A stretch of DNA of 64,000 nt from Anaerohalosphaeraceae bacterium (lineage in GTDB: Bacteria; Planctomycetota; Phycisphaerae; Sedimentisphaerales; Anaerohalosphaeraceae). Below the pieces are notes generated by a model. That model saw nothing but the letters and a program-made list of their open reading frames with translations. It was not told the origin of the DNA and did not search any database. The stretch spans positions 32,001 through 96,000 of the forward strand of contig CAXXSL010000005.1 of NCBI GenBank assembly GCA_963675525.2, given 5' to 3'. The position numbers were made by a program, and so were the translations under genes. Positions 38,996 to 47,745 of the stretch are shown piece by piece (within the stretch, counting starts at the first letter, position 1; each line of letters starts with the position of its first letter).

Positions 38996-39760
38996 ATCCA
39001 CCTGCCGCGGCGGGCAGATTGCACCGATTATCACAGATTTTTTTGGTGGTTATTGGTTTTTCTTGCTGAAAATGCGGTTTTTGGTGGTTTTCATGATGCC
39101 AAACGTGTCCAAACATGCGCCAAAGTGTGCCACAAATGCGCCAAAATGTGCCCAAAGGGCGCCATTTTGTGTCTAAAGTATACAGGTATACAAGAACTCA
39201 TGGACTCAAGAATGTGGAATCCCGACAAGTCGGGATGGCTGTTTGATTGGCCCTTCGACTATGCTCAGGGCAGAGCGGGCGATGGGGTTTCGCGCTCAGA
39301 TTCAATTGTAAAGGGTCTCACAGACCCGGGGGCTGAAACCGTCAAAAACGCCTTCGGCTGTTGACGATTTTAAGATACTATTCAATTTTGTGTATTATAG
39401 CAGGGTGGGGTGGGGATTGCGGCTGTTTTTTTGGAATTTTTGACGGGATTAACAGGTTTTTTTCACCACGAAAGCACGAAGAGACACGAAGATTTTTTAT
39501 TTTTTGTTTTCAATTCAGGATGTAAGGTGTATGATTTAGGGGCAACGTTGAGTAAGGATTTTTAACCACCGAGGCCGCTGAGGATACTGAGGTTTAAAAA
39601 TATACAGAAACCATCAGCCGTTGTTAAAACTACGGCTTGACAGGCGAATTAACGCGTACCCCAAGGGACGTCCCGTGGGGACGAGTAGACGCGAATATTT
39701 TTTGATGCCTGCCTTCATTTAATATTACGGCTCGGCAGGCAGATTAACACGGATTTTTTA
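38996..39760 (+). repeat. Cluster of short REP-like elements: 8-10-nt-period doublet/triplet motifs and mini-hairpins
   Basis: CAGATTGCACCGATTATCACAGATT, CACGAAAGCACGAAGAGACACGAA, GAGGCCGCTGAGGATACTGAGG, CAGATTAACACGGATT; hairpins ATCCCGACAAGTCGGGAT, CCCTTCGACTATGCTCAGGG, GCCTGCC..GGCAGGC. Confidence 0.65.
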
Positions 39761-39801
39761 ATTATGGGTTTTGATAAAAGGAGAAAATAAAGAGAAAAAG
39801 G

Positions 39802-39910
39802 TGTCTGACCCCTTAAATTTTTACACAACATCGCCATCATCCTACTTGTCAAAGAGCTTTTCTACAGAGCATGTCTGACCCCTTAAATTTTTATGACCCC
39901 TTTAATTTTT
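39802..39910 (+). repeat. 22-bp exact direct repeat (two copies plus a partial third)
   Basis: TGTCTGACCCCTTAAATTTTTA at 39802-39823 and 39872-39893; TGACCCCTTTAATTTTT at 39894-39910. Confidence 0.85.
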
Positions 39911-39933
39911 TCTGATTGAGGTGGCTTTTTTAC

Positions 39934-39961
39934 TTGTCCTATTTGGTGCCAGTGGTATAAT
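39934..39961 (+). promoter_or_regulatory. Sigma70-like promoter for the 40010 gene
   Basis: TTGTCC, 16-bp spacer, TATAAT with an extended -10 TG. Confidence 0.5.
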
Positions 39962-40009
39962 GCAGCGGAACTCAAACGGAGGGATGAATTTAAATTTGGA
40001 GGTTGGATT

Positions 40010-40825
40010 ATGAAAAGTGCACGTCTGTTAATTCTTTTTCTTGTTTTTTTATGTGGTTCAACAACGCTATTGGCAGATCAACTGTTCTGGACGGCGACTA
40101 AAGTAGGCAATGATTCTTATATGATTTCATTCTGGGCGGAGGTTGCCGGAGCGAATGAAATTTATATTAAGGGACCGCTGATGGCCGATTATGAGATCGT
40201 TGATATTGACGACGGCGGGTCTGAAATTGGCTGGAGAATGGTGGGGCTGACATTAGCTGGCATCAATGCGCAAAGCCAGGGGCAATGGTATGTAAAAGTA
40301 ACCTTCGACGGGCAGCCGGAAAATATCAGCTCGTTTAATATTATAGGGGGCATCGCTGATGTGGAGTTTCCGCCGGTGCCGACCATCACCTATCCGGCCG
40401 ATGGTGATTTGAATGTTATTGCGGAAGATTGCACGTTTGCCTGGGATTCGAATGGGGCCGAGAACAGCAGTCAATATCTAAGGGTTGATACCGCTGGAAC
40501 CGGCTTTGCTTATTCGGCAAAATCCAACTTCGGCACGATAGACCTTACCGATACCACTTGGCGGCCTGGCTGGCTCGAACAGGGCGAAGCGTTTATGAAA
40601 ATTGGATATTCGAATGTTATGTGGGATAGAAGGACGCCGATTGTCAATGAAAGCGGGATGGTTATTAACTGGCTCTCTAGTTTACCTATTCCGTTGTGGA
40701 TGTCGGGTGATCATGTTGAGTTTGAAGTGACGAGAACAATCGACCTGAATGATGATAATATTATCAACTTTGCCGATCTGGCCGTTATGATGGCGCATTG
40801 GCTGGAGACGCCGTGGGATTTTTGA
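40010..40825 (+). CDS. Secreted hypothetical protein with a single C-terminal dockerin-like motif
   Basis: Signal peptide; GGAGG RBS; tail IDLNDDNIINFADLAVMMAHWL. Confidence 0.75.
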   Translation: MKSARLLILFLVFLCGSTTLLADQLFWTATKVGNDSYMISFWAEVAGANEIYIKGPLMADYEIVDIDDGGSEIGWRMVGLTLAGINAQSQGQWYVKVTFDGQPENISSFNIIGGIADVEFPPVPTITYPADGDLNVIAEDCTFAWDSNGAENSSQYLRVDTAGTGFAYSAKSNFGTIDLTDTTWRPGWLEQGEAFMKIGYSNVMWDRRTPIVNESGMVINWLSSLPIPLWMSGDHVEFEVTRTIDLNDDNIINFADLAVMMAHWLETPWDF

Positions 40826-40834
40826 CCGGTGTAT

Positions 40835-40860
40835 CGGGCGGCTTGCGCCGCCTCGCTTTT
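40835..40860 (+). terminator. Hairpin between the convergent 40010 gene and hemL
   Basis: GGCGGC-TTGC-GCCGCC followed by TCGCTTTT. Confidence 0.55.
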
Positions 40861-40861
40861 G

Positions 40862-42139
40862 TTAGAATTTCATTATCTCAATTGCTTCCAGTGTTTTGTT
40901 AATGTGTTGTTGGGTATGAGTGGTTGAGAGGAAGTATGCTTCGAACTGGGAGGGGGGGAGGTACACTCCGCTATTCAACATGTGGCGGAAGTATTTTGCG
41001 TATTGTTTGGTATCGGATTTGGCCGCGGTGTTGTAGTCGGTTATTTCCTGCTCATTGAAGAAGAGGGTGAACATTGAGCCGATACGGTTGATTTTGTGGG
41101 GGATGGACTTTTTCGTTAAAACTTCAGAGATTCCGCCGCAGAGACAGTCCGTCATGGAGGCCAATTTCTTATAGGGATTTTTGGTTTTTAGTTGCCTCAG
41201 GGTTGCGATCCCGGCGGCGACGCAGACGGGGTTGCCGGAGAGGGTTCCGGCCTGATAGACGGCGCCTTCGGGGGCGAGTTTGTTCATAATCGCGGCTTTG
41301 CCGCCGACGGCACCGATGGGGAAGCCGCCGCCGATGATCTTGCCGAGCGTGGTCAGGTCAGGCTTTATGTTATAGACGGTCTGTGCTCCGCCATAGGCCA
41401 GGCGAAAGCCGGAGATGACCTCGTCGAAAATCAATATCGCTTTGTTTTTCGTGCACAGGGTGCGCAGCTTTTTCAAAAATCCTGGTTCGGGCAGGACAAC
41501 TCCCATATTACCCGCAACCGGCTCAACGATGACCGCGGCGATGCGTCCGGCATATTTGGCGAAGAGCTTTTCGACGGCTTCGGCGTTGTTGTAGGGGGCG
41601 AGCAGGGTGTTTTTGGCGAAGTCTTTGGGGACGCCGGGGCTGGAGGGGGCACCGAGTGTCATCAATCCGGAGCCGGCGCTGACGAGCATGTGGTCCACGT
41701 GGCCGTGGTAGCAGCCGACGAATTTGATGACCATGTCGCGGCCGGTGGCTCCGCGGGCCAGGCGGATGGCGGTCATGACGGCTTCGGTGCCGGAACTGAC
41801 GAGGCGGACCTTGTCGATGGAGTCGAAGGCGGTGACGATCATTTCGGCCAGTTGGGTTTCGAGGTGGGTCGGGATGCCGTAGCTGGTGCCGTTGGCCATG
41901 ACTTTTTTGACTTCGGCGAGTACGGTGCTATTGGCGTGGCCGAGGATCATCGGGCCCCATGACAGACAATAGTCGATGTAGCGGTTGCCGTCTTCGTCGT
42001 AGAGGTAGGGGCCTTTGGCTTTTTGGATGAATATGGGCGCGGCACCGACGCTTTTGAAGGCGCGGACGGGGCTGTTGACACCGCCGGGGATGACTTTTTT
42101 AGCCTGTTTGAATAGCTGTGCACTTTTTTTATTTTTCAT
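40862..42139 (-). CDS. hemL: Glutamate-1-semialdehyde 2,1-aminomutase
   Basis: IPGGVNSPVRAF; SGTEA; GCYHGH; FDEVISGFR; LGKIIGGG; YQAGTLSGNP; ATG 42139 with AGGA upstream is preferred as start. Confidence 0.97.
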   Translation of the reverse strand: MKNKKSAQLFKQAKKVIPGGVNSPVRAFKSVGAAPIFIQKAKGPYLYDEDGNRYIDYCLSWGPMILGHANSTVLAEVKKVMANGTSYGIPTHLETQLAEMIVTAFDSIDKVRLVSSGTEAVMTAIRLARGATGRDMVIKFVGCYHGHVDHMLVSAGSGLMTLGAPSSPGVPKDFAKNTLLAPYNNAEAVEKLFAKYAGRIAAVIVEPVAGNMGVVLPEPGFLKKLRTLCTKNKAILIFDEVISGFRLAYGGAQTVYNIKPDLTTLGKIIGGGFPIGAVGGKAAIMNKLAPEGAVYQAGTLSGNPVCVAAGIATLRQLKTKNPYKKLASMTDCLCGGISEVLTKKSIPHKINRIGSMFTLFFNEQEITDYNTAAKSDTKQYAKYFRHMLNSGVYLPPSQFEAYFLSTTHTQQHINKTLEAIEIMKF

Positions 42140-42204
42140 AAACGTTTCCTGCTTTTTTTGCCACAGAGAATACTGAGTTCTCAGATGTTTCAATTTTTGT
42201 TATT

Positions 42205-42353
42205 CGACCCCGTCGGAGTCGGTTAAATTTGCTGACATCAACCAAGGGTTCCGATCGCTTCGCGCCCTGCACCCGCGGCTACCATTATTTAAGCCCTGCG
42301 GGCTTATGGAATTTTCTATTTATACAGATTCCTCACATTCGTTCGAAATGACA
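42205..42353. repeat. REP-like palindromic elements between cobA-hemD and hemL
   Basis: CGACCCCGTCGGAGTCG; GGGTT..CACCC; AAGCCCTGCGGGCTT; GATTCCTCACATTCGTTCGAAATGACA. Confidence 0.5.
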
Positions 42354-42362
42354 AGGAATGCA

Positions 42363-43751
42363 TTATTCACTTTTCTCTACGATCTTTGCGTCGATATTGT
42401 GTTCTTTCGCCGTGGTTTGTGTAGGGCCTCCGAGACACAGGGCCTGAATGTGGTCGGGGACGGTTCCGATCTTTTTGGCGAATGCCTTGACGGTCGAGCC
42501 GCTGGTGAAGAGGATCTGGTCGATGTAGTCGAGGTCCACGTCGTCGATTTCCTTTTCAATGGTCTTATAGACGGTCAGTTTCTCCACTTTGGCACCGCGG
42601 CCAGCCAGACCGTTTGGCAATTCTTCTGAACTGATTTCAGCCTGCGGCAGAAGGATCGACTTGCCGGAAACGTCCACGTCGGTGAACGCTTCGAGCAGTC
42701 CGGCACTGGATTCGACGTTGGCACACAGGTCAGCATTGATGCCGAATTCCATCAGCCGCTCGCCGCTGGCCTTGCCGATGACGGCGAATGTTGTATTGGC
42801 AAAGACGCGGGTATCCCGTCCCATCGCGAAAAGTTTTTTGAAGAAGAACCTGATGCCGTTGCCGCTGGTAAAGACGATCCAGTCATATTTGCCGGCGTTC
42901 TTGAGCGTATCGCTGTCTGTATTGTCGGCTTCGACGCACTCAATAATCTGGCGGTGGACGATGGTGCCGAGGTGGACGTATCGTTCGGGATAATTGCCGA
43001 GCAGCAGGATGCGGGGCTTTTTGGAAAACCAATCCAGCTTTTCCTGGAGTTCGACGACTTTGCCGACGATGAAGATAGCCGGGGTCCGCAGGGGGGTTTC
43101 TTTGAGGACGTCGAGGAAATTGTCGAGGGTGCCTTTGATGACGCGCTGGTCATAGCAGGTGCCGTGCTCGACGGCGGCGATCTTTGTGTCGGGAGTGTAG
43201 CCCGCTTGCAGCAGGGAACTGACGATGTTTTTAATATTGCCGACCGACATCAGGAAGATGACCGTGCCCGCTTTGGGGATGTCGATGGGGCGGGTATCGC
43301 CTTTTTTGCGGTGGCCGGTGACGACGGCGATGTTTGAGGTGCAGTCGCGGTGTGTCGGCGGAATGCCGGCGTAGCAGGGGGCGGCCAGGGCGCTTGTGAT
43401 GCCGGGGATGACCTCGAACGCAACGCCTGCATCGTAGCAGGCCTCGGCTTCTTCGCCCCCGCGGCCGAAGAGATAGCAATCGCCGCCTTTGAGTCGAGCC
43501 ACGAGTTTGCCTTCTTTGGCTTTTGCGACGATCAGGTCGTTGATTCCTTCCTGCGGCAGAGTGTGATTGGCAGCGAATTTGCCGACGGAGATCATCTCGG
43601 CGCCTGGTTTGGCATGGTTCAGCAGTTCGTGCGAGATCAGGTGGTCATAGAGGATGACATCGGCCTGCGAAAGGACCTTCAGGCCTTTTACGGTTATTAA
43701 TTCTTTATCACCGGGGCCGGCGCCAATCAGGAAAACCTTCGTTTTTGACAT
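42363..43751 (-). CDS. cobA-hemD: Uroporphyrinogen-III C-methyltransferase / uroporphyrinogen-III synthase fusion
   Basis: LIGAGPGD..LITVKG; RLKGGD..FGRGGEE; IPGITSA; C-terminal HemD domain WIVFTS.NG..FTSGSTV. Confidence 0.95.
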   Translation of the reverse strand: MSKTKVFLIGAGPGDKELITVKGLKVLSQADVILYDHLISHELLNHAKPGAEMISVGKFAANHTLPQEGINDLIVAKAKEGKLVARLKGGDCYLFGRGGEEAEACYDAGVAFEVIPGITSALAAPCYAGIPPTHRDCTSNIAVVTGHRKKGDTRPIDIPKAGTVIFLMSVGNIKNIVSSLLQAGYTPDTKIAAVEHGTCYDQRVIKGTLDNFLDVLKETPLRTPAIFIVGKVVELQEKLDWFSKKPRILLLGNYPERYVHLGTIVHRQIIECVEADNTDSDTLKNAGKYDWIVFTSGNGIRFFFKKLFAMGRDTRVFANTTFAVIGKASGERLMEFGINADLCANVESSAGLLEAFTDVDVSGKSILLPQAEISSEELPNGLAGRGAKVEKLTVYKTIEKEIDDVDLDYIDQILFTSGSTVKAFAKKIGTVPDHIQALCLGGPTQTTAKEHNIDAKIVEKSE

Positions 43752-43904
43752 GTATTAAATCCCGAAAAACATCATTTTATTTTGTGCCGGAGTCGATATA
43801 CTATGTATAGTATCAGGTTGGATTACAGTCAACAAAAAAGTTTAAGGCCAAAAGCCTGGGGCAGGACGCATTGAACGAATAGATTTGCAGGGAGAAAGAG
43901 CGGT

Positions 43905-44354
43905 TTGGATAGCCTTGACCACAAGATTATAACAGAGCTTCAGGAAAACTTTCCATTAGAGGCCAATCCCTATGAGATTTTGGCTGATAACGTGGGAGTC
44001 AGCGTGGATGAATTGTGGCGACGGGTCCTTGCATTGGTTGATTCGGGTGTTATCCGGCGAATCGGGTTTAGCATTGATTCGCGGAAGATAGGGTATTGCA
44101 GTACGCTAACAGGGGTGCGGGTTTCGCCGGAACGAATCGAGGAGGCCGCGCAGTTAATATCCACGTATCCCCAAATTACCCATAGCTATCTCAGGGAGGA
44201 TGCCTTTAATATCTGGTTTACCGTTATTGCCGAAGACAAGGAGCATATTTCGGCTGTATTGGATGAGATTCGCTTGAAACTCGATTTGTCCGGTGAGGAT
44301 ATGATGGATTTGCCGGTTGAAAAACTTTTTAAGCTTGATGCGAGATTTAAATAA
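43905..44354 (+). CDS. ahbA: Siroheme decarboxylase alpha subunit
   Basis: LQENFPL..PY; GVIRRIG..DSRKIGY.STL; ITHSYLRE..FNIWFT. Confidence 0.88.
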   Translation: MDSLDHKIITELQENFPLEANPYEILADNVGVSVDELWRRVLALVDSGVIRRIGFSIDSRKIGYCSTLTGVRVSPERIEEAAQLISTYPQITHSYLREDAFNIWFTVIAEDKEHISAVLDEIRLKLDLSGEDMMDLPVEKLFKLDARFK

Positions 44355-44576
44355 TCCTTATGTTTTGTTGTCAAGCATGTCCCTTCCTACATTTAAGATT
44401 TGGTGTTGAATCTCAATCGAATCCCTATTAAAATGCGCCAATTAACTTAAAAAGAGCAGGATATTGCTAAAAAAAACCATTCGGAGATAGCGGATAAAAA
44501 GAAAACCTGTCATAATCATGAGGTTGCATTATGACGGTATGTCGACCATAGCAAAGTTAAAGACAAGGACGTAATT

Positions 44577-45995
44577 TTGAGGTTTCGCGGCGGATACAAC
44601 ATTAAATTTGACGGCAAACCCGACGGACTGCTGAAGGATGTAAAGCGTTCTGAGATTCTCTATTTACCCCTTAAAAGCAGGTCATTTGATTTTTCGACCG
44701 TATGCGTCGACCATGGTCAGCGAGTTGGTCTTGGGGAGGTGCTCGCGAAGGATTCGAATCATTATGATGTTCCGTTGCTGTCGCCCAGTTGCGGTGTCGT
44801 CAATTTAGAAAAAACGCCGGGGCATATTACATTAGAAGATTTGTCCGCAGGTGATGTCAAATCATACACGTATCAAGATGACCAGGAGCACATCCATAAA
44901 AATGTAGGCTCTGCGTCGCTCAAACGTAAGCTACTGAATCTGGGTGCCTGGGAATTTGTGAAGGATGCGTATACCGATCGGATGCCGGATCCTCTTTCAA
45001 CCCCGCAGGCTGTTATTGTGTCAACGGTTCAGCTTGAACCGTTTCTTGTCCGAGGCGATGTTTTATTGAAAGAATCTCTGCGTCAATTCACACGCGGTCT
45101 TGAACACCTTCAGTCACTTCTTGAGTATCAACCGATGTATCTTGCATTTCCGAAGATCACGTCGGACTTTGCGGCAAAGATCAAAGAGCAGATTCGCGGT
45201 TATGCCTGGGTCAAACTGATCGAGGTGCCGTTGAAATATCCCTATGATAATTTTGAGATATTGTCGCGCCATATCGGACTGAAGCGCAGTCAGGGGTCTA
45301 TTTGGGGCGTGAATGTAGAAGGTGTTCTGGCGATCGACAATGCATTGACGAGCTCCAAGCCATGTGTTGAGCGGATTATATCCGTCGCAGGGCCCGGGGC
45401 CAGTCAGCCGGTGCATCTGCGTCTGACAGCGGGCTACCCAATCTCTGCGATCAAGGAAGCATACTCTTTAGAAAATACAATTACGATAAACGGAGGGATG
45501 TTAACAGGGCGGCTTTTAGAGGATGATGACAAGGGGGTTCCTGCCGAATGCCGGGGAATCACTTTTATTCCGGAACACTTGAGCCGTGAATTCCTGGGGT
45601 GGGTCCGTCCCGGATTTGACCGGCAGTCCTATTCCGCTTCTTTTATGAGCTCTCTGTGCAGTCTGTTCCCGGAGCGTGTGACCAATGCAATCCGGGGTGA
45701 ACTTCGCCCGTGCGTTTCATGCGGTTTCTGCGAAGACGTCTGTCCGGCGGGAATCATGCCTCATCGATTGCACAAATTGATCTATCAGGATGATATCGAT
45801 GCCGTTGAACAGTTTCGTATTGACCTGTGTGTCGAATGTGGTTTGTGTTCGTTCGTTTGTCCTTCAAAGATCGAATTAATGCAACAATTTAAGGACATGA
45901 AACAAACGATCCTGAAAGAAAAAGAGATTGCCGCCGCTGAGGCGGCTAAAGAAGCGGCTAAAAAAGCGGCAGAGTCGCAGGTGGACACCGAATAA
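44577..45995 (+). CDS. nqrA: NqrA-like subunit retaining two [4Fe-4S] motifs (RnfC-like C-terminus)
   Basis: N-terminal GGYNIKFDGKP resembles NqrA; C-terminal CVSCGFCEDVCP and CVECGLCSFVCP; no RnfC GxGGAGFP motif seen. Confidence 0.75.
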   Translation: MRFRGGYNIKFDGKPDGLLKDVKRSEILYLPLKSRSFDFSTVCVDHGQRVGLGEVLAKDSNHYDVPLLSPSCGVVNLEKTPGHITLEDLSAGDVKSYTYQDDQEHIHKNVGSASLKRKLLNLGAWEFVKDAYTDRMPDPLSTPQAVIVSTVQLEPFLVRGDVLLKESLRQFTRGLEHLQSLLEYQPMYLAFPKITSDFAAKIKEQIRGYAWVKLIEVPLKYPYDNFEILSRHIGLKRSQGSIWGVNVEGVLAIDNALTSSKPCVERIISVAGPGASQPVHLRLTAGYPISAIKEAYSLENTITINGGMLTGRLLEDDDKGVPAECRGITFIPEHLSREFLGWVRPGFDRQSYSASFMSSLCSLFPERVTNAIRGELRPCVSCGFCEDVCPAGIMPHRLHKLIYQDDIDAVEQFRIDLCVECGLCSFVCPSKIELMQQFKDMKQTILKEKEIAAAEAAKEAAKKAAESQVDTE

Positions 45996-46019
45996 GTATG
46001 ACGAATTAGGGAAATCATA

Positions 46020-47105
46020 GTGAAATTACTGTTTCAATTATTCGAAAAGGTTAGCCCGATATTTAAAGAGGGCGGGAAGTTGTCTTTCATGAGGCCGCTT
46101 TATGAGGCGATGGAAAACTTCTTTTTCGCACCCTCCGCCAGGACATTGTGTGCTCCTTTCAGCCGTGACCCATTGGACATTAAGCGGTATATGACGATGG
46201 TGATCATTGGACTGCTGCCCTGTGTGGCGGCGTCTATCTATTTCTTTGGCCTTCGTGTCATCCCGATGATCATAGTTTCTTATATGGCCGGAGGGGTTGT
46301 GGAGGTCGCCTTTGCGGTGATTCGAAAAGAAGAAATCGCCGAGGGTTTTCTTGTTACGGGTCTGATCTTTCCGCTTGTTTTGCCACCGACCACTCCATTG
46401 TGGATGGTGGCGATCGGTTGTGCCTTCGGTGTTTTTGTGGGCAAAGAAGTTTTCGGCGGGACGGGACGAAACCTGTTTAATCCGGCCATTGTCGGTAGAT
46501 GCTTTTTGGCGCTGGCGTATCCGGCGGCAATGTCATCCAGTTGGGTTGAACCCGGACACGGCATTACGGGGCGTTTACTGCAGTATGTAACGAGTGCTAA
46601 TGTCGAGGCCATTACTTCGGCAACGCCACTGATTCATGCCAAACACGGGCTTTTTGAAGATGCCTCCCATTTGGTACTTGGAAGTATTCCCGGTTGTATT
46701 GGTGAAACATCCGGCTTGATGATTCTCTGTGGCGGGATTTTCCTGCTGATGACAAAAGTTGCGAACTGGCGAACGGTTGCCAGTATCCTTGTCTCAGCGG
46801 CTGTTTTGGAAACTATCCTGAATGCAGTCAATCCCGATCAATATGCCCCGGCGATGTGGCACATCTTTGCGGGCGGAATGTTGTTTGGGGCGTTTTTTAT
46901 GGCAACGGATCCGGTATCCAGTCCTTCGACCAACGAAGGTAAATGGGTTTATGGTATTTTGATCGGCGCAATCACCATTTTGATCCGTAACTTCAGCGGA
47001 TATGTAGAAGGTATGATGTTCGCGATCCTGTTGGGCAATATTGCGGCTCCGATCATTGATGAGATGGTTTTCAGCGTTCGACTGAGGTTGCTTAGAAATG
47101 AATAA
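46020..47105 (+). CDS. nqrB: NqrB/RnfD-family membrane subunit
   Basis: NqrB-type N-terminus (EGGKL..LYEA..RDPLDIKRYM); EGFLVTG; KEVFGGTGRN.FNPA; FMN site TSATPL; GETS; MATDPVS. Confidence 0.9.
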   Translation: MKLLFQLFEKVSPIFKEGGKLSFMRPLYEAMENFFFAPSARTLCAPFSRDPLDIKRYMTMVIIGLLPCVAASIYFFGLRVIPMIIVSYMAGGVVEVAFAVIRKEEIAEGFLVTGLIFPLVLPPTTPLWMVAIGCAFGVFVGKEVFGGTGRNLFNPAIVGRCFLALAYPAAMSSSWVEPGHGITGRLLQYVTSANVEAITSATPLIHAKHGLFEDASHLVLGSIPGCIGETSGLMILCGGIFLLMTKVANWRTVASILVSAAVLETILNAVNPDQYAPAMWHIFAGGMLFGAFFMATDPVSSPSTNEGKWVYGILIGAITILIRNFSGYVEGMMFAILLGNIAAPIIDEMVFSVRLRLLRNE

Positions 47106-47745
47106 ATTTCGCCAAAATATCTATACGATCTGTTTTGCCGTCATTTTAGGATTGACGTGTGCAACCCTGTTGACGGCGGCCGCAGAATTTACACGGCCCA
47201 AACAAACTGAAAACAAAAAGGCAGAGGAAATCAAGAATATTCTGGCGGCATTAAAAGTTCCGTTTGATGCACATGGAGGTCCCGGCGAACTGATCGCTAT
47301 TTTCGAGCGGGATGTCATCGAACAAACGCTTGGCCAGGAAGACTCTTTGACACTTTATGTCTATCAGCCTGAGGGCTCTGAAAGGCCGGTCGCTGTGGCT
47401 GTTCGATTTGTCGGCCCGGGGTTGTGGGGGCCGATCAAGGGCTTTTTAGCACTTGAGCCTGATTATCAAACGATTCGCGGCGTGACATTTTACGAGCAGG
47501 AAGAGACTCCGGGTCTCGGAGGTGAAATTGTAACGGATGATTTCCGGAGCCGTTTTGAAAGTAAACACATCGCCAATGAGCAGGGTCGGTGGGGGATCGA
47601 TATTGTTCCCGGCAGTGGTGAACATGCCGGCATCAACGAGATCGCCGGCATTTCAGGGGCAACGATGACTTGTGACAAAGTAGAAGAAATGATTAATGCG
47701 GTCATTGAAACATTGGCAGAAAAGAGAGAGACCGATGGCCAATAA
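47098..47745 (+). CDS. nqrC: NqrC/RnfG FMN-binding subunit
   Basis: N-terminal TM; GPGLWGPI; ETPGLGGEI; ISGATMT flavinylation motif. Confidence 0.9.
   Translation: MNKFRQNIYTICFAVILGLTCATLLTAAAEFTRPKQTENKKAEEIKNILAALKVPFDAHGGPGELIAIFERDVIEQTLGQEDSLTLYVYQPEGSERPVAVAVRFVGPGLWGPIKGFLALEPDYQTIRGVTFYEQEETPGLGGEIVTDDFRSRFESKHIANEQGRWGIDIVPGSGEHAGINEIAGISGATMTCDKVEEMINAVIETLAEKRETDGQ

Noticed and set aside
38912..39364. 150-aa ORF with Cys-rich CAKVCHKCAKMCP, suggesting a cytochrome or ferredoxin
   Set aside because: The cysteines arise from the phased TG(C/T)GCCAAA repeat; there is no true CxxCH, it overlaps ahbC out of frame, and it runs through REP-like hairpins.
39802..39910. Possible mini CRISPR array
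   Set aside because: Only two full 22-bp copies, one 48-bp spacer and an abutting partial copy; no cas genes in the window.
41192..41962. 256-aa plus-strand ORF
   Set aside because: Antisense to hemL in the same codon register; explained by codon bias.
33910..44354. Calling ahbA/ahbB Lrp regulators, or nirDLGH/nirJ heme d1 genes
   Set aside because: The His-x-Tyr-x-Arg motifs plus both AhbC- and AhbD-type radical SAM genes fit the Ahb pathway; no nirS/nirF/nirN is seen.
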